Part shown: in pieces, positions 25,194 to 36,280 of the stretch
Layout: every line of letters starts with the position of its first letter
Numbering within the stretch: the stretch's first letter is position 1
NCBI GenBank assembly: GCA_030390025.1
Contig: CM059432.1
Span: forward strand, 32,428,001 to 32,492,000
Length of the DNA stretch: 64,000 nucleotides
Source of the DNA: Squalus acanthias
Lineage: Eukaryota
Direction: 5' to 3'
Position numbers and translations under genes: made by a program
Notes under the pieces: model-generated
What the model saw: the letters and a program-made list of their open reading frames with translations, nothing else
Database searches by the model: none
Told to the model about the DNA's origin: nothing

Positions 25194-25865
25194 CTCAGAA
25201 GGCGAACACGGGACACAACCAACAGAGTACCCTACGTCGTCCAGTACTTCCTCGGAGCGGAGAAACTACGCCATGTTCTTCACAGCCTTCAACATGTCAT
25301 CGATGACGACGAACACCTTGCTAAGGCCATCCCCACGCCTCCACTACTCGCTTTCAAGCAGCCGCCTAACCTCAAAAGTACCATCGTTCGCGGCAAATTA
25401 CCCAGCTGTCAGGAGAACAGCGACCACGACACCACACAACCCTGCCACAGCAACCTCTGCAAGACATGCCAGATCATCAACACAGATACCATCATCACAC
25501 GTGAAGACACTACCCACCAGGTACATGGTACATACTCATGTGACTCGGCCAACGTTGTCTACCTGATACGTTGCAGGAAAGGATGCCCCAGAGCATGGTA
25601 CATCGGCGAGACCATGCAGACACTGAGACAACGTATGAATGGACACCGCGCAACAATCGCCAGGCAGGATTGTTACCTCCCAGTCGGGGAACACTTCAGC
25701 AGTCAAGGACATTCAGCCTCGGATCTGCGGGTTAGCGTTCTCCAAGGCGACCTTCGAGACACACGACAACGCAAAATCATCGAGCAGAAACTGATAGCCA
25801 AGTTCCGCACCCATGAGGATGGCCTCAATAGGGATATCGGGTTCATGTCACGCTATAGAACGTGA
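25192..25865 (+). CDS. Penelope C-terminal GIY-YIG fragment (inverted arm)
   Basis: Near-identical to the C-terminus of the minus-strand ORF. Confidence 0.88.
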
Positions 25866-26101
25866 CTCGACATCGTTGTCTGTCTTTCCAGTTTTTAAAA
25901 AAACACAAAAAAAAACAAAAAAAAAAGTTAAAAGCTCAACTGCAGACAGCAGGATTTGACATGTTGGACCCCCTGTGATCCATCTCATTGTCTTGGCTGT
26001 GCTCTGGTGTGTCTTTGAAGTAATGCTTCCCTGAAAGATTGTATCTCTGCAGTTTCTGTGTTTATATACTGTGTAATATTGTAGATTCCTTCATTGCACC
26101 G

Positions 26102-26139
26102 TTACCTGACGAAGGGGCGACAGCTCCGAAAGCTTGTAA
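26102..26139 (+). ncRNA. Minimal type I hammerhead ribozyme
   Basis: ttac ctgacga a ggggc gaca gctcc gaaagctt gtaa. Confidence 0.85.
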
Positions 26140-27190
26140 TTTTAAATAAATCTGTTGGACTATAACCTGGTGTTGTGCGACTTCTCATTTTTGTCCACCC
26201 CAGTCCAACACCGGCATCTCCGCATCATGATCAGATAATGTTAACGATGGGAAGATGGTATAGTTGGAATTCAGGAAGAATGAGAACAAATGGGCCGAAG
26301 GGTCTTGTTCATCCAAACTGATCCTGTGATCTGGTGCTCTCTGTCTCAGCAGGTGGCACCTATGGAAGCCATAATTCACTGTGAGCCCGAAGGACAGAGG
26401 GAGAAATTGGAAAAGAAACAAAACAATTATTTATTGATTAACTCATACTACAGATACATCAGTGTCTGTCTGGCCTTAAACATTACTGAGTGGCCTTCCA
26501 TTATACACAGGTGCCGTTTTTCCCATTGCACAAGGAGAGGGAGATATTGTGAGCGTGACACTGATAAACTGGACTAGTTTCAAATATTAAGTGGAAATGT
26601 ACCAAATTAATAAAGTATTGGGACAAAGTTTGCTACATAGAGAATATCAGAGGCCTGTGAATGAGTTCGTAGCATACTTGAGTTAGTTAGGATATGCCAT
26701 GAAGGACAAAGTGTCTAACCCTGGAGAGGTGGACTGGAGTCCAGTGGCAATGGGTGGATCTTATGTCTATTTTCCCCGATAGCATCTGCTTGTTCGTGAA
26801 TTTATTCTCAGAATGTGGGTGTTGCTGATGAAGCTGACATTTATTGCCCATCTCTAATTGCTCTGAGAAGGTGGTGGTGGATCTTCTTCTTGAACCGTTG
26901 GTAGCGGTTTAATACAACTGAGTGTCTTGCTAGGCCACTTCAGAGGGCAGTTAAAAGTCAATCACTTTAGTGTGTCAAACCACTGGAGTCACATATAGGC
27001 CAGACCAAGTAAGGACAGCAGGTTTCCTTCCCTAAAGGACTTTAGTAAACCAATTGGATTTTTACAATAATCTGACAGCTTCATGGTCACTTTTACTGAT
27101 CATGATGCGGAGATGCCGGTGTTGGACTGGGGTGGACAAAAATAAGAAGTCGCACAACACCAGGTTATAGTCCAACAGATTTATTTAAAG

Positions 27191-27228
27191 TTACAAGCTT
27201 TCGGAGCTGTTGCCCCTTCGTCAGGTAA
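27191..27228 (-). ncRNA. Minimal hammerhead ribozyme
   Basis: Same core as 23364, with stem II loop AACA. Confidence 0.85.
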
Positions 27229-27519
27229 AGGTACAATGAGGGAATCTTCAATATTACACAGTATATAAACACAGAAACTGCAGAGATACCATCTTTCAGG
27301 GAGGCATTACATCAAAGACACACCAGAGTACTGGCAAGACAATGAGATGGGTCACAGGGGGTCCAACGTGGATTTGACACGTTAGACCCCCTGTAACCCA
27401 TCTCATTGTCTTGGCTGTGCTCTGGTGTGTCTTTGATGTAATGCCTCCCTGAAAGATTGTATCTCTGCAGTTTCTGTGTTTATATACTGTGTAATAGTGT
27501 AGATTCCCTCATTGTACCT

Positions 27520-27557
27520 TTACCTGACGAAGGGGCAACAGCTCCGAAAGCTTGTAA
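27520..27557 (+). ncRNA. Minimal hammerhead ribozyme
   Basis: ttac ctgacga a ggggc aaca gctcc gaaagctt gtaa. Confidence 0.85.
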
Positions 27558-27694
27558 CTTTAAATAAATCTGTTGGACTATAACCTGGTGTTGTGCGACT
27601 TCTCACTTTTACTGATACCAGTGTTTTATTTCTAGATTTTTTTTAAACTGAATTCAAATTCTCAAATTGCCACAGTGGGATTTGAACTCACAGT

Positions 27695-27877
27695 GGGGTA
27701 ATTTTGACTTTGGTCGATAGTGTAAAACATGCGCTATCAGCTCGGCCATCATTAAACACCTCTCCTGATTTTCGTTTCCACTGATTTCAATGGACACCAA
27801 AACCAGAAGAGGTGTTTAACAGGCGGCCAAGCCGATATCGCGCATTTTACACTAAAGTCTAAAGTCAAAATTACCCC
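27695..27877. mobile_element. 183-bp palindromic MITE
   Basis: Perfect 17-bp TIR ggggtaattttgacttt / aaagtcaaaattacccc. Confidence 0.85.
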
Positions 27878-29049
27878 TACTTTCTCTGGATTATTAGTCC
27901 AGGCCTCTGGATAGCTAGTCCAGTAACGTAACCACAACACTACAGTATCGGTGTCAGGCACTGACTTCATGGATACCCTAATTTAAGGTATTTGTCCTCT
28001 AAATTTTCTCCCACACTAAAGAAACACTTGGCTTCTGCTCCGTACTTACCCCCAATTCCATGGAAACTCAGTCAAATTTGCACAACAGTGTTCCATTAAG
28101 GTTCAAACCATTGCAACACCATCGTACATAAGTTTATGCTCATTAGTATTAATGTTTTTTTAAGTATCTGTGCTTTAAACTCAGAGAGGAAATGCACCAC
28201 TCAGAACTGAGCCACACAAACCAGAAAGGGATCAGGTCCAATTTCAGGTCTGTGCTAAGTTAAATGATCTCAGCTGGGATAACAGTAGAAGCACGACATT
28301 CAGCCTCAGATTCAGGGGGAAACAAATAGGCCGTGGTTCCTGTTCCTGATCACTGCCTAGTGATCCAGTGATCCTCTGCTAGAAAGTGTGTGTCTGTGGA
28401 CAGTGATTGAGGACCAGACTGGGCTCCCCTCTGATGATTGCCCTGCTACTCAAACACTCAGGGCTTTTGCCCAATGATAGACACTCATCAAAGGTACAGG
28501 AGGATTACCGGCACCTATGTAGGGACACCCCCATCGTGAGTCAGTGACTTCAGGAGAGTAGGGGTGTAAGTTGGAAACAGATGTAAAATTTTAGGGCTGT
28601 TTTAACTTCACTTTGAAATCCAAGGGCAGGATCTGCTAATGGGATCACCCAAGCCAGAAGGAAGAGAAGTAGAGAAAAAGGGAGTGAATTTGGTCTTGGG
28701 CAGTGGCGCAAAGCAGGTGATTGTGTTGACTTCAGTGGAAAAAAAATCAAGCGGGGTGTAAAATGGGCTGCCGATTCGCTATTGCCAATTTTGTGCTATC
28801 GCCCAAGACCAATTTCACCCCAAAAATGCCTACAACTTTTGCCATGACAAATCACTTGCCCTATATACAGCTTTTGCAGGTCAATCTATATACCAAGTGA
28901 TGGGGAGTGAGCCTTAAATTATTATTTTAAGGACAACCCAAGAGGCTGATTCTTACTACTGGCATTGATTTCTGCTCCTGTAGCTGCCTTCTTGCAGTGC
29001 TGCTGATGCCTATTGGATCATCTGTGGCCAGCTTTGTGAACAGTGGTGA

Positions 29050-29775
29050 GTTTATTTTTATTCGTTCTTGGGATGCGGGCGTCGCTGGCAAGGCCAGCAT
29101 TTATTGCCCATCCCTAGTTGCCCTTGAGAAGGTGGTGGTAAGCCGCCTCCTTGAACCGCTGCAGTCCGTGTGGTGAAGGTACTCCCACAGTGCTGTTAGG
29201 GAGGGAGTTCCAGGATTTTGACCCAGCGACGATGAAGGAACGGCGATATACTTGCAAGTCAGGATGGTGTGTGACTTGGAGGGGAACTTGGAGGTGGTGG
29301 TGTTCCCATGCGCCTGCTGCCCTTGTCCTTCTAGGTGGTAGAGGTTGCGGGTTTGGGAGGTGCTGCCAAAGAAGCCTTGGCGAGTTGCTGCAGTGCATCT
29401 TGTAGATGGTACATACTGCAGCCACGGTACACCGGTGGTGGAGGGAGTGAATGTTTAAGGTGGTGAATGGGGTGCCAACCAAGCAGGCTGCCTTGTCTTG
29501 GATGGTGTCAAGCTTCTTGAGTGTTGTTGCAGCTGTACACATCCAGGCAAGTGGAGAGTATTCCATCACACTCCTGACTTGTGCTGGTCAATGGTGACCC
29601 CCCAGGATGTGGATGGTGGGGGATTTGGCGATGGTAATGCCATTGAATGTCAAGGGGCGGTGGTTAGACACTCGCTTGTTGGAGATAGTCATTGCCTGGC
29701 ACTTGTGTGGCGCGAATGTTACCTGCCACTTATCAGCCCAAGCCTGAACGTCGTCCAGGTCTTGCTGCATGCGGG
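29050..29775 (-). mobile_element. LINE 3' end, same family as 12871-14568
   Basis: MEYSPLAW..KLDTIQDKA..HHLLKGN. Ends about 290 bp upstream of the elastase ATG. Confidence 0.9.
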
Positions 29776-29959
29776 TCTGGTGCCTGTCCGTCTCATGCTG
29801 TGGCAGGGAGCGATGGTGGATGTTGCCAGTGTGCGGGTGAGCTGTTGGTAATACAGTTGGCCTTGAATAACAAGTCATTTATTTCATTGATGACTTCAAA
29901 TTGGCCTGGTCAGTTTCACAGACATTTTGGCACGGCCTCCTAATATTTCCCTTTGAATA

Positions 29960-30025
29960 GTTGTTATCTTGTTTATGGCAACAGATCTTATCTTGTGCCG
30001 CAAGCAGAAATGTACTATTTATGGA
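29960..30025 (+). promoter_or_regulatory. Candidate proximal promoter of the elastase gene
   Basis: Two GATA sites (TTATCT at 29964 and 29988) and TATTTAT at 30016-30022, about 40 bp before the ATG. Confidence 0.4.
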
Positions 30026-30062
30026 AAGTTGCTTGCCAGTTGAGCTCAGTTGAGGATTCAGT

Positions 30063-30096
30063 ATGTTCCAGTACCTGCTCTTGACTCTTTGCCTCA
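30063..30096 (+). CDS. Chymotrypsin-like elastase (CELA/CTRC family) exon 1, signal peptide
   Basis: MFQYLLLTLCL, then phase-1 donor GTAAGG. Confidence 0.8.
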
Positions 30097-30274
30097 GTAA
30101 GGATTGACTATGATTGAAATTTTATGCTTCTGCTTGTTTGTCAGCTTAGAATGCATTGACTAAAAGGAATTAAAAGAAATGACCAGTCTTAAGGCAATCT
30201 TTATTGTATATATTGAATGTTAATGAAATCATTTTTTTGTTTATTCCCTAATATGTTTTATTTTGTCTATATAG

Positions 30275-30351
30275 GGGCTATTGCTGCAAGCCCGCTTTCA
30301 GGACGTGTCGTTGCTGGAGAGGAAGCAATACCACACAGCTGGCCATGGCAG
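30275..30351 (+). CDS. Chymotrypsin-like elastase exon 2
   Basis: AIAASPLSGR|VVAGEEAIPHSWPWQ (activation site), bounded by AG and GTAAG. Confidence 0.95.
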
Positions 30352-30537
30352 GTAAGGAGTCCTCGTTACCCCTTAGCTCACTGTCTGCACGCTACAGGGC
30401 AGTCGTAACACAGCAACAGGGTCTGCTATTCTCTATATTGTATCATGGATTTGCTATTCCCCATACTACATGCTGGTTGTAAGACCCCAAATGCGAAATT
30501 CAGGTACAAATGGGAAGAGCTTGCACTGAGTTGTATT

Positions 30538-31354
30538 GATGCAGAGATGCTGGTGTTGGACTGGGGTGGACAAAAATGAAAAGTCGCACAACACCAGATT
30601 ATAGTCCAACAGTTTTATTTGAAATTACGAGCTTTCGGAGCGCTGCTCCTTCGTCAGGTACAGTGAGGGAATACAAATCGATTACACAGTATATATAGAC
30701 AGAGAACAATGTGTCTGCAGAGATACAATCCGTCAGGGAGGCATTACATCAAAGACACAGCAGAGTACAGCTAAGACAATGAGGTGGGGTCACAGGGGGT
30801 CCAACGTGTCAAATGCTGCAGTCTGCAGTTAAGCTTTTTACTTTTTTTTTAAAAACTGGAAATCTGTGAACCAGACAACGATGTCGAGTCACGTCCTATA
30901 GCGTGACATGAAACCGAGATCCCGGTTGAGGCCGTCCTCATGGGTGCGGAACTTGGCTATCAGTTTCTGCTCGATGATTTTGCGTTGTCGTGTGTCTCGA
31001 AGGCTGCCTTGGAGAACGCTAACCCGCAGATCCGAGGCTGAATGTCCTTGACTGCTGAAGTGTTCCCCGACTGGGAGGTAACAATCCTGCCTGGCGATTG
31101 TTGCGCGGTGTCCGTTCATACGTTGTCTCAGTGTCTGCATGGTCTCGCCGATGTACCATGCCGCGGTGCATTCTTTCCTGCAACGTATGAGGTAGACAAC
31201 GTTGGCCGAGTCACATGAGTATGTACCATGTACCTGGTGGGTGGTGTCCTCACGTGTGATGACGGTATCTGTGTTGATGATCTGGCATGTCTTGCAGAGG
31301 TTGCCGTGGCAGGGTTGTGTGGTGTCGTGGTCGCTGTTCTCCCGACAGCTGGGT
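30538..31354 (-). mobile_element. Penelope 3' fragment (GIY-YIG, pLTR and tail) in intron 2
   Basis: ORF 30889..31140(-). TSD gttgtattg (30530-30538 / 31353-31361, with junction microhomology). Confidence 0.92.
30625..30661 (-). ncRNA. Minimal hammerhead ribozyme (variant)
   Basis: UAC-CUGACGA-A-GGAGC-AGC-GCUCC-GAAAGCUC-GUA on the minus strand. Confidence 0.85.
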
Positions 31355-32089
31355 TGTATTGGGCATTAAACAGCCGAACCAAAGATCTTTAAAAGAAAGC
31401 CGTTCAATAAAGGCCCAGGAAACTTTCAGTTTTTATTTTTGTAGGCTCAGGTGAAACAGGAGAGCTCCTCCTGAGCCCACAAAAAAACTCCAATCCATTG
31501 TTGATGCATTTGAGGTAGCTCTCGGGACCTCCTCCTCCCTCCCCGCTCCCCCCCCCCCCCCACCCCCCACCTCCCCAGGCCTGGCCTGCCGGTTGGTTCA
31601 GCGTAGGGGCCATCTAATTTCCCACCCTCTCCGACCGGTGAGCACCATGGATCACTGGTTTTGCGCCTGCAGCTCGCCAGCAACATTTCACTGAGGCTCA
31701 AAGCTGAATATGGCTCAGTTCCCAGACCTAAATGGAGCAATCCGTCCACCAGTTTCTCACTCACTTTGGGCACAGGTAGAATTTCTCGGCCTCAGTTTCC
31801 CATATCTACATTTGTTTTGCTTTCCCTTGATTTTTTCTGACGACCATCACTATTGCGCCGGAATGGCATTTGCATACTTCACAGCAGCCATCCTTGTTAA
31901 CTCTCTGGCCTTGAGTTACGGGGCACACGGCTGACGCTTATTGAGCACGCGCATACCCTCGCCCTCATATTGGATGCTTCAGTGCCCTTCTTGCGCTGAA
32001 AAATGGGCAAGGTGCCATCAGATTTCCAAGCCTCTGAGTCCATTTTGCACGTGGAAAAATAATAATCCAATGTGTTTTTTTGGTTTTAG

Positions 32090-32199
32090 GCCTCTTTGCA
32101 GTTTGCTTATGCCCACGACCCTGATTTCTTCCAGCATATGTGTGGCGGATCCCTAATTGCTCCAAATTGGGTCATGACTGCTGGACATTGTATTGTTGA
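32090..32199 (+). CDS. Chymotrypsin-like elastase exon 3 (catalytic His57)
   Basis: [25 protein letters not shown], bounded by TTAG and GTAAGT. Confidence 0.96.
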
Positions 32200-32309
32200 G
32201 TAAGTCTATTATATTAAGATATGCAACAGGCATTATACAAAATCACTTTTATACTGAAGACATTTCCTTACAGTTTATAAAATAGAATTATAACCAATAT
32301 AAAATATTA

Positions 32310-32810
32310 GACATACATAGGAACATAGGAATTGCTAGACGAATAAAGACCAAGGTCCATCAAGTTTGCCTTCTACAATCCCGGTAGTCACATGCTACAA
32401 TGATAATGGAGTTGTTGGCTAATCATAGCAATCAATCTCTATCAATTAGTTTACAACAGACCCAGACGTGAGGCAAAGAAACCCCCAGTGGTGGAGAGCT
32501 TTGGGAACCATAGGTTCAAAGTCACCTGTTCCTCCCAAGCGCGCTACACTTACCACATGTCATGTCTCAAATTACTCATACTTTATCGCAAAATATTATT
32601 TTCTGAAATAAATCTGTCTAATTTTCATTTGAATCAATATTAACTGCTTCCACCAACTCCCTAGGGAGCCAATTCCATGGACTGACCACTCGCGCAATGA
32701 AATATTGTTAGTTTTGAATTTACACCCCTTTAAGCACAGTCCGTATCTTCTGGTTATACTGTTCTGCACAAGGTGAAATAGTTTGTCATGGTTTATATTA
32801 TCTAGTACAA
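32310..32810 (-). mobile_element. Old CR1 3' fragment
   Basis: (ataggaac)n tail and a KLFHLVQNSITR coding remnant. Confidence 0.65.
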
Positions 32811-33195
32811 TTAATGAAAAATTAAGGATAATTCGACATATGTCACACAGATACATATTACAATTGTAGTTACCTTTTTAGACCTCAGTTTTGGTCAAAG
32901 CCTACAAAGTCGGGCAATTTATTTAGTTTTTAAAGCTTTTCTGCCCCTTTAAAGTCCCTTGCCACCTCTTCAGGTATGCAACAGCAGTCCCACTGCAGCA
33001 AGCCTTATTCTCCTCCAGCATTGGCAGGATCACTCTTGACTATCCTGCCAAATGAGCTCGGACCCAGGAAAATGGGTTGGGGTTAGGACAGTGTTGGAAG
33101 GGTAGGCAGAAGTCCTACCTCCCTATTCTACCTCAAAGAGGTGAAGCTCCCCCATATTCCTTTGTGATTAATTGTAGATTTTTATTCCTTTTTCT

Positions 33196-33504
33196 CGGAT
33201 GAGGCATTAAACCAAGGCCCTGTTTGCCCTCTCAGGTGGACACAAAAGATCCCAAGGCACTATTTCGAAGAAGAGCAGAGTAATTCCCCCTGATGTCCTG
33301 GCCAATATTTATCTCTCAACTAACATCACTAAAACAGATTATTTGGTCATTATCTCATTGCTGATTGTGGGAGCTTACTGTGTGCAAATTGACTGTCGCG
33401 TTTCCTACTTTACAACAGTAACTATACTTCAAAATTCCTTAATTGGCTGTAAAGTGTTTTGGGTTGTCCTGAAGTCGTGAAAGGCGCTAGATAAATGCAA
33501 GTCT
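33196..33504 (+). mobile_element. DeuSINE 3' half; its tail resumes at 34989
   Basis: Deu domain and tail ggcgctagataaatgcaagtct. Confidence 0.85.
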
Positions 33505-34988
33505 TGTGAAGGAAATAGCCATATTCCAAGAAATATATCATCCTATAAACAGATTTGATAATATTAAAACATGACAAACTGGGGTTAAAAATCTAAAAGC
33601 CTCAACGACACAAGCCATAAAGCAGAAATGCAGGCTTCTGAGATAAGATGGTTTGTTAACACAAAGCTGTAAAACACCACAAGCTTTGAAATGGGAAATG
33701 TTTGTAAATACAAAGACATGGCCCTATTGAAACAGTATGCTGGAGGTTCCTCTATGTCTGAACATTGGAACCAACACAATGGAATGACCCAAGAAAAGTG
33801 TCAAAATCTAACACGTCGAACAGGTGCACAGAACATTAAAAAAAACAAGTGCCTTTGAAAAAATGACATCAAGTAAAAGAAATACCTGCCGTAAAATAGT
33901 TTTATGTTAAACTTAGAACAAGGAGACATGGTTCTTAATATAACCAATTGAAGTAAATAAGAAATGCAAAGAACACCCTAGATGAAGTGTTTTTGAATTA
34001 CAAATTGTAAAAAGTACCTACAGAGAGACTTTGTAGATATTACATCAATAGATGACACCAAGCAATTACATTGTTTATGTGTTAAACTTGGAACGCAAGG
34101 AGACAGGAGTCTGTGTTACAAACAGCAGAGGTGATTTAGAAATTCAATAGAAAGACTTCCTAAGAATGGCATCAAATACATAAATCGATAATAACCATAA
34201 AAATGATAAGTTTTTGAACACCTAAAGGTAGAGACACAAGTCTGGTTGCAACAGTTGAATTGACAGTAAAGAATAGAAAACAATTCAATAGAGTATAACT
34301 AGAGACAATTAGCTTATATCAGCAGAATACTTCAAAGAAAATACCACTAAAAAAAAGAGTATAAAAATAAGAGCTTTTCAGATGAAAAGTCAGAAGTTGC
34401 TGGAAGGGCAAGCATTTCTCAACTTCACAGGCACGCTCTGTAAGTTTTTAACTCTGAGTCTCGGGTAATCAAGGTATTTGATTTTGCTGGATATTCTGGA
34501 TTAAGAAATAAGTAGAAGTGTGGAAATGTAATGAAGTTAAGATTTGAGAATAAGGATCTCTGATAAGAAATGTAAGCTATTTGTATTTTGAATGGTTAAA
34601 GTTGCAATTGCCATAACAACTGTTAACTAAATGTCGGTTCATTCATAAATCTATATATTTTTAGAATTGTCTCACAGAGTATTTTTGTATAAACTCGCAA
34701 ACTCAATTTCTGTACACTCAAAGGAGTTGCAGAATTCTGGGGGGTATTCCGGACCCTCATAATATCCGAAAGGTTACAGTCTAGTTAAACTTATTAAAAG
34801 TGCTATCCGGAGGACGGTAACATCTTCACGTCGTTCCTTTCCTTTAGGGAGAGGTAGTCTGACCTTTAGACCCAATTAAGCGTCTTATAGAATTCGGCTA
34901 TCTTCAACTTTAGTTGAAGGTGAACGTCTGGGGAATACGCCTGATCTGGGGTAGCCCGATAAGGGCTAGGATAATAATTATCCCTTCA
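33505..34988 (+). mobile_element. Long A-rich solo LTR (1484 bp)
   Basis: TG...CA ends (tgtgaagg / cccttca), TSD GTCT (33501-33504 / 34989-34992), TATA-like motif at 34652 and ATTAAA at 34793. Confidence 0.65.
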
Positions 34989-35011
34989 GTCTTTCTCTCT
35001 TTTCCTTTCAG

Positions 35012-35137
35012 CATCCCAGGAAGATTTGCTGTTGTTCTAGGAGAGCACAACCTGAAGCAGAAAGGCAATGAATATTTGAGACATGTTCAATCAATCATCA
35101 TTCATCCTGGATTGGATCAAATGGCCCTTCAAAATGG
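35012..35137 (+). CDS. Chymotrypsin-like elastase exon 4
   Basis: IPGRFAVVLGEHNL..IIIHPG..QNG; phases 2/2 fit the neighbouring exons. Confidence 0.95.
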
Positions 35138-36280
35138 GTAATTCAGATATAATTCAGATATGCATTTTAAAATGTAGGAGTTTCATCCACATTGAACTAT
35201 TTTTAAGCTACTCTCTCCATCACAACCTTTAAAAAAAATCTTTCTCCAGTGTAATGATGCCTTTACGGTGATTGCTAGTGATTTTTTCCTTTATTCCTAA
35301 AATTCTTCAAATACACCATTGTACTTGCTCTTCCTCTGCTCTGAATCCTCACTGTGTTGAAATCAAGATACATCTGTAACTCCTACTTCAATTCACTCCT
35401 TCCCAGAGTCTTAAAATTGTGGAACTCCTTACCCCCTCTCTTCCATTCCTCCTAAATGCTACAGGCCTTACAACCAAAGCTTAGATTCAATTAATCAATG
35501 CTTAATGTCAAGGTGTCAGCCATGGCTCAGTGGACAGCACTCTTGCTTCTGATCCAGCAGGTTCTGGGTTCAGCCCCACTCCAGAGATTTAAGCATATTA
35601 TCCAGGCTGATGCTTCAGTGCAGTACTGAGGGAGCGCTGCACTGTCGGAGGTGCTGTCTTTTGAATGAGACATTAAACTATGGCCCCATCTATCCTCTCA
35701 GGTGGATGTAAAAGATCCCACGGCATTTTTGAAGAAGAGCAGGGAGTTCTCCTGGTATCTTGGCCAAAAATTGTCACCTAAAACTGATGATCTGACCATT
35801 TAGTTCATTGCTGTTTGTGGGAGCTTGCTGTGCACAAATTGGCTGCTGCGTTTCTGACATTACATAGACTTACATAGAATATACAGCACAGAAACAGGCC
35901 ATTCAGCCCAACCAGTCCATGCCGGCGTTTATGCTCACCTCGAGCCTCCTCCTGTCTTTCCTTATCTAACTTTATCAGCATAACCCTGTATTCCCTTCTC
36001 CCTCATATGTTTATCTAGCCTTCCCTTAAATGCATCTATACTATTCGCCTCAAACACTCCCTGTGGTAACGAGTTCCACATTCTCACCACTCACTGGGTT
36101 AAGAATTTTCTTCTGAATTCCCTATTTGATTTCTTGGTAACTGTCTTATATTGATGGCCTCTAAGTTTTGCTCTTCCCCTCAAGTGGAAGCACTCTCTCT
36201 GGGCTGAATTTTAATGGGGAAGGCGGGTTGGGAGCGGGGGAGGGGGGGGGGGTCCAAAGTGGTTGGGAAACCCGGGAGAG

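Larger units (their letters stand above)
23314..26227. mobile_element. Penelope-like element (Neptune type): two 5'-truncated copies fused head-to-head
   Basis: Inverted arms 23314-24300 and 25192-26189, 38-nt tail 26190-26227, TSD tgatcagataat (23302-23313 / 26228-26239). Confidence 0.95.
27101..27605. mobile_element. Non-coding palindromic Penelope derivative (two inverted pLTRs)
   Basis: Arms meet at 27370/27371. TSD tcacttttactgat (27087-27100 / 27603-27616, overlapping the element end by up to 3 nt). Confidence 0.93.
26790..27950 (-). mobile_element. tRNA-headed SINE sharing its 3' tail with the 12871 LINE family; hosts a Penelope palindrome and a MITE
   Basis: Tail catttattgcccatc matches the LINE 3' end. 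Body is the reverse of 46666-47915. Confidence 0.75.

Noticed and set aside
24999..25222. N-termini of ORFs 24999..25865(+) and 23627..25222(-)
   Set aside because: Both are read-through across the inversion junction at ~25192 into the antisense of the other arm. They are not real start regions.
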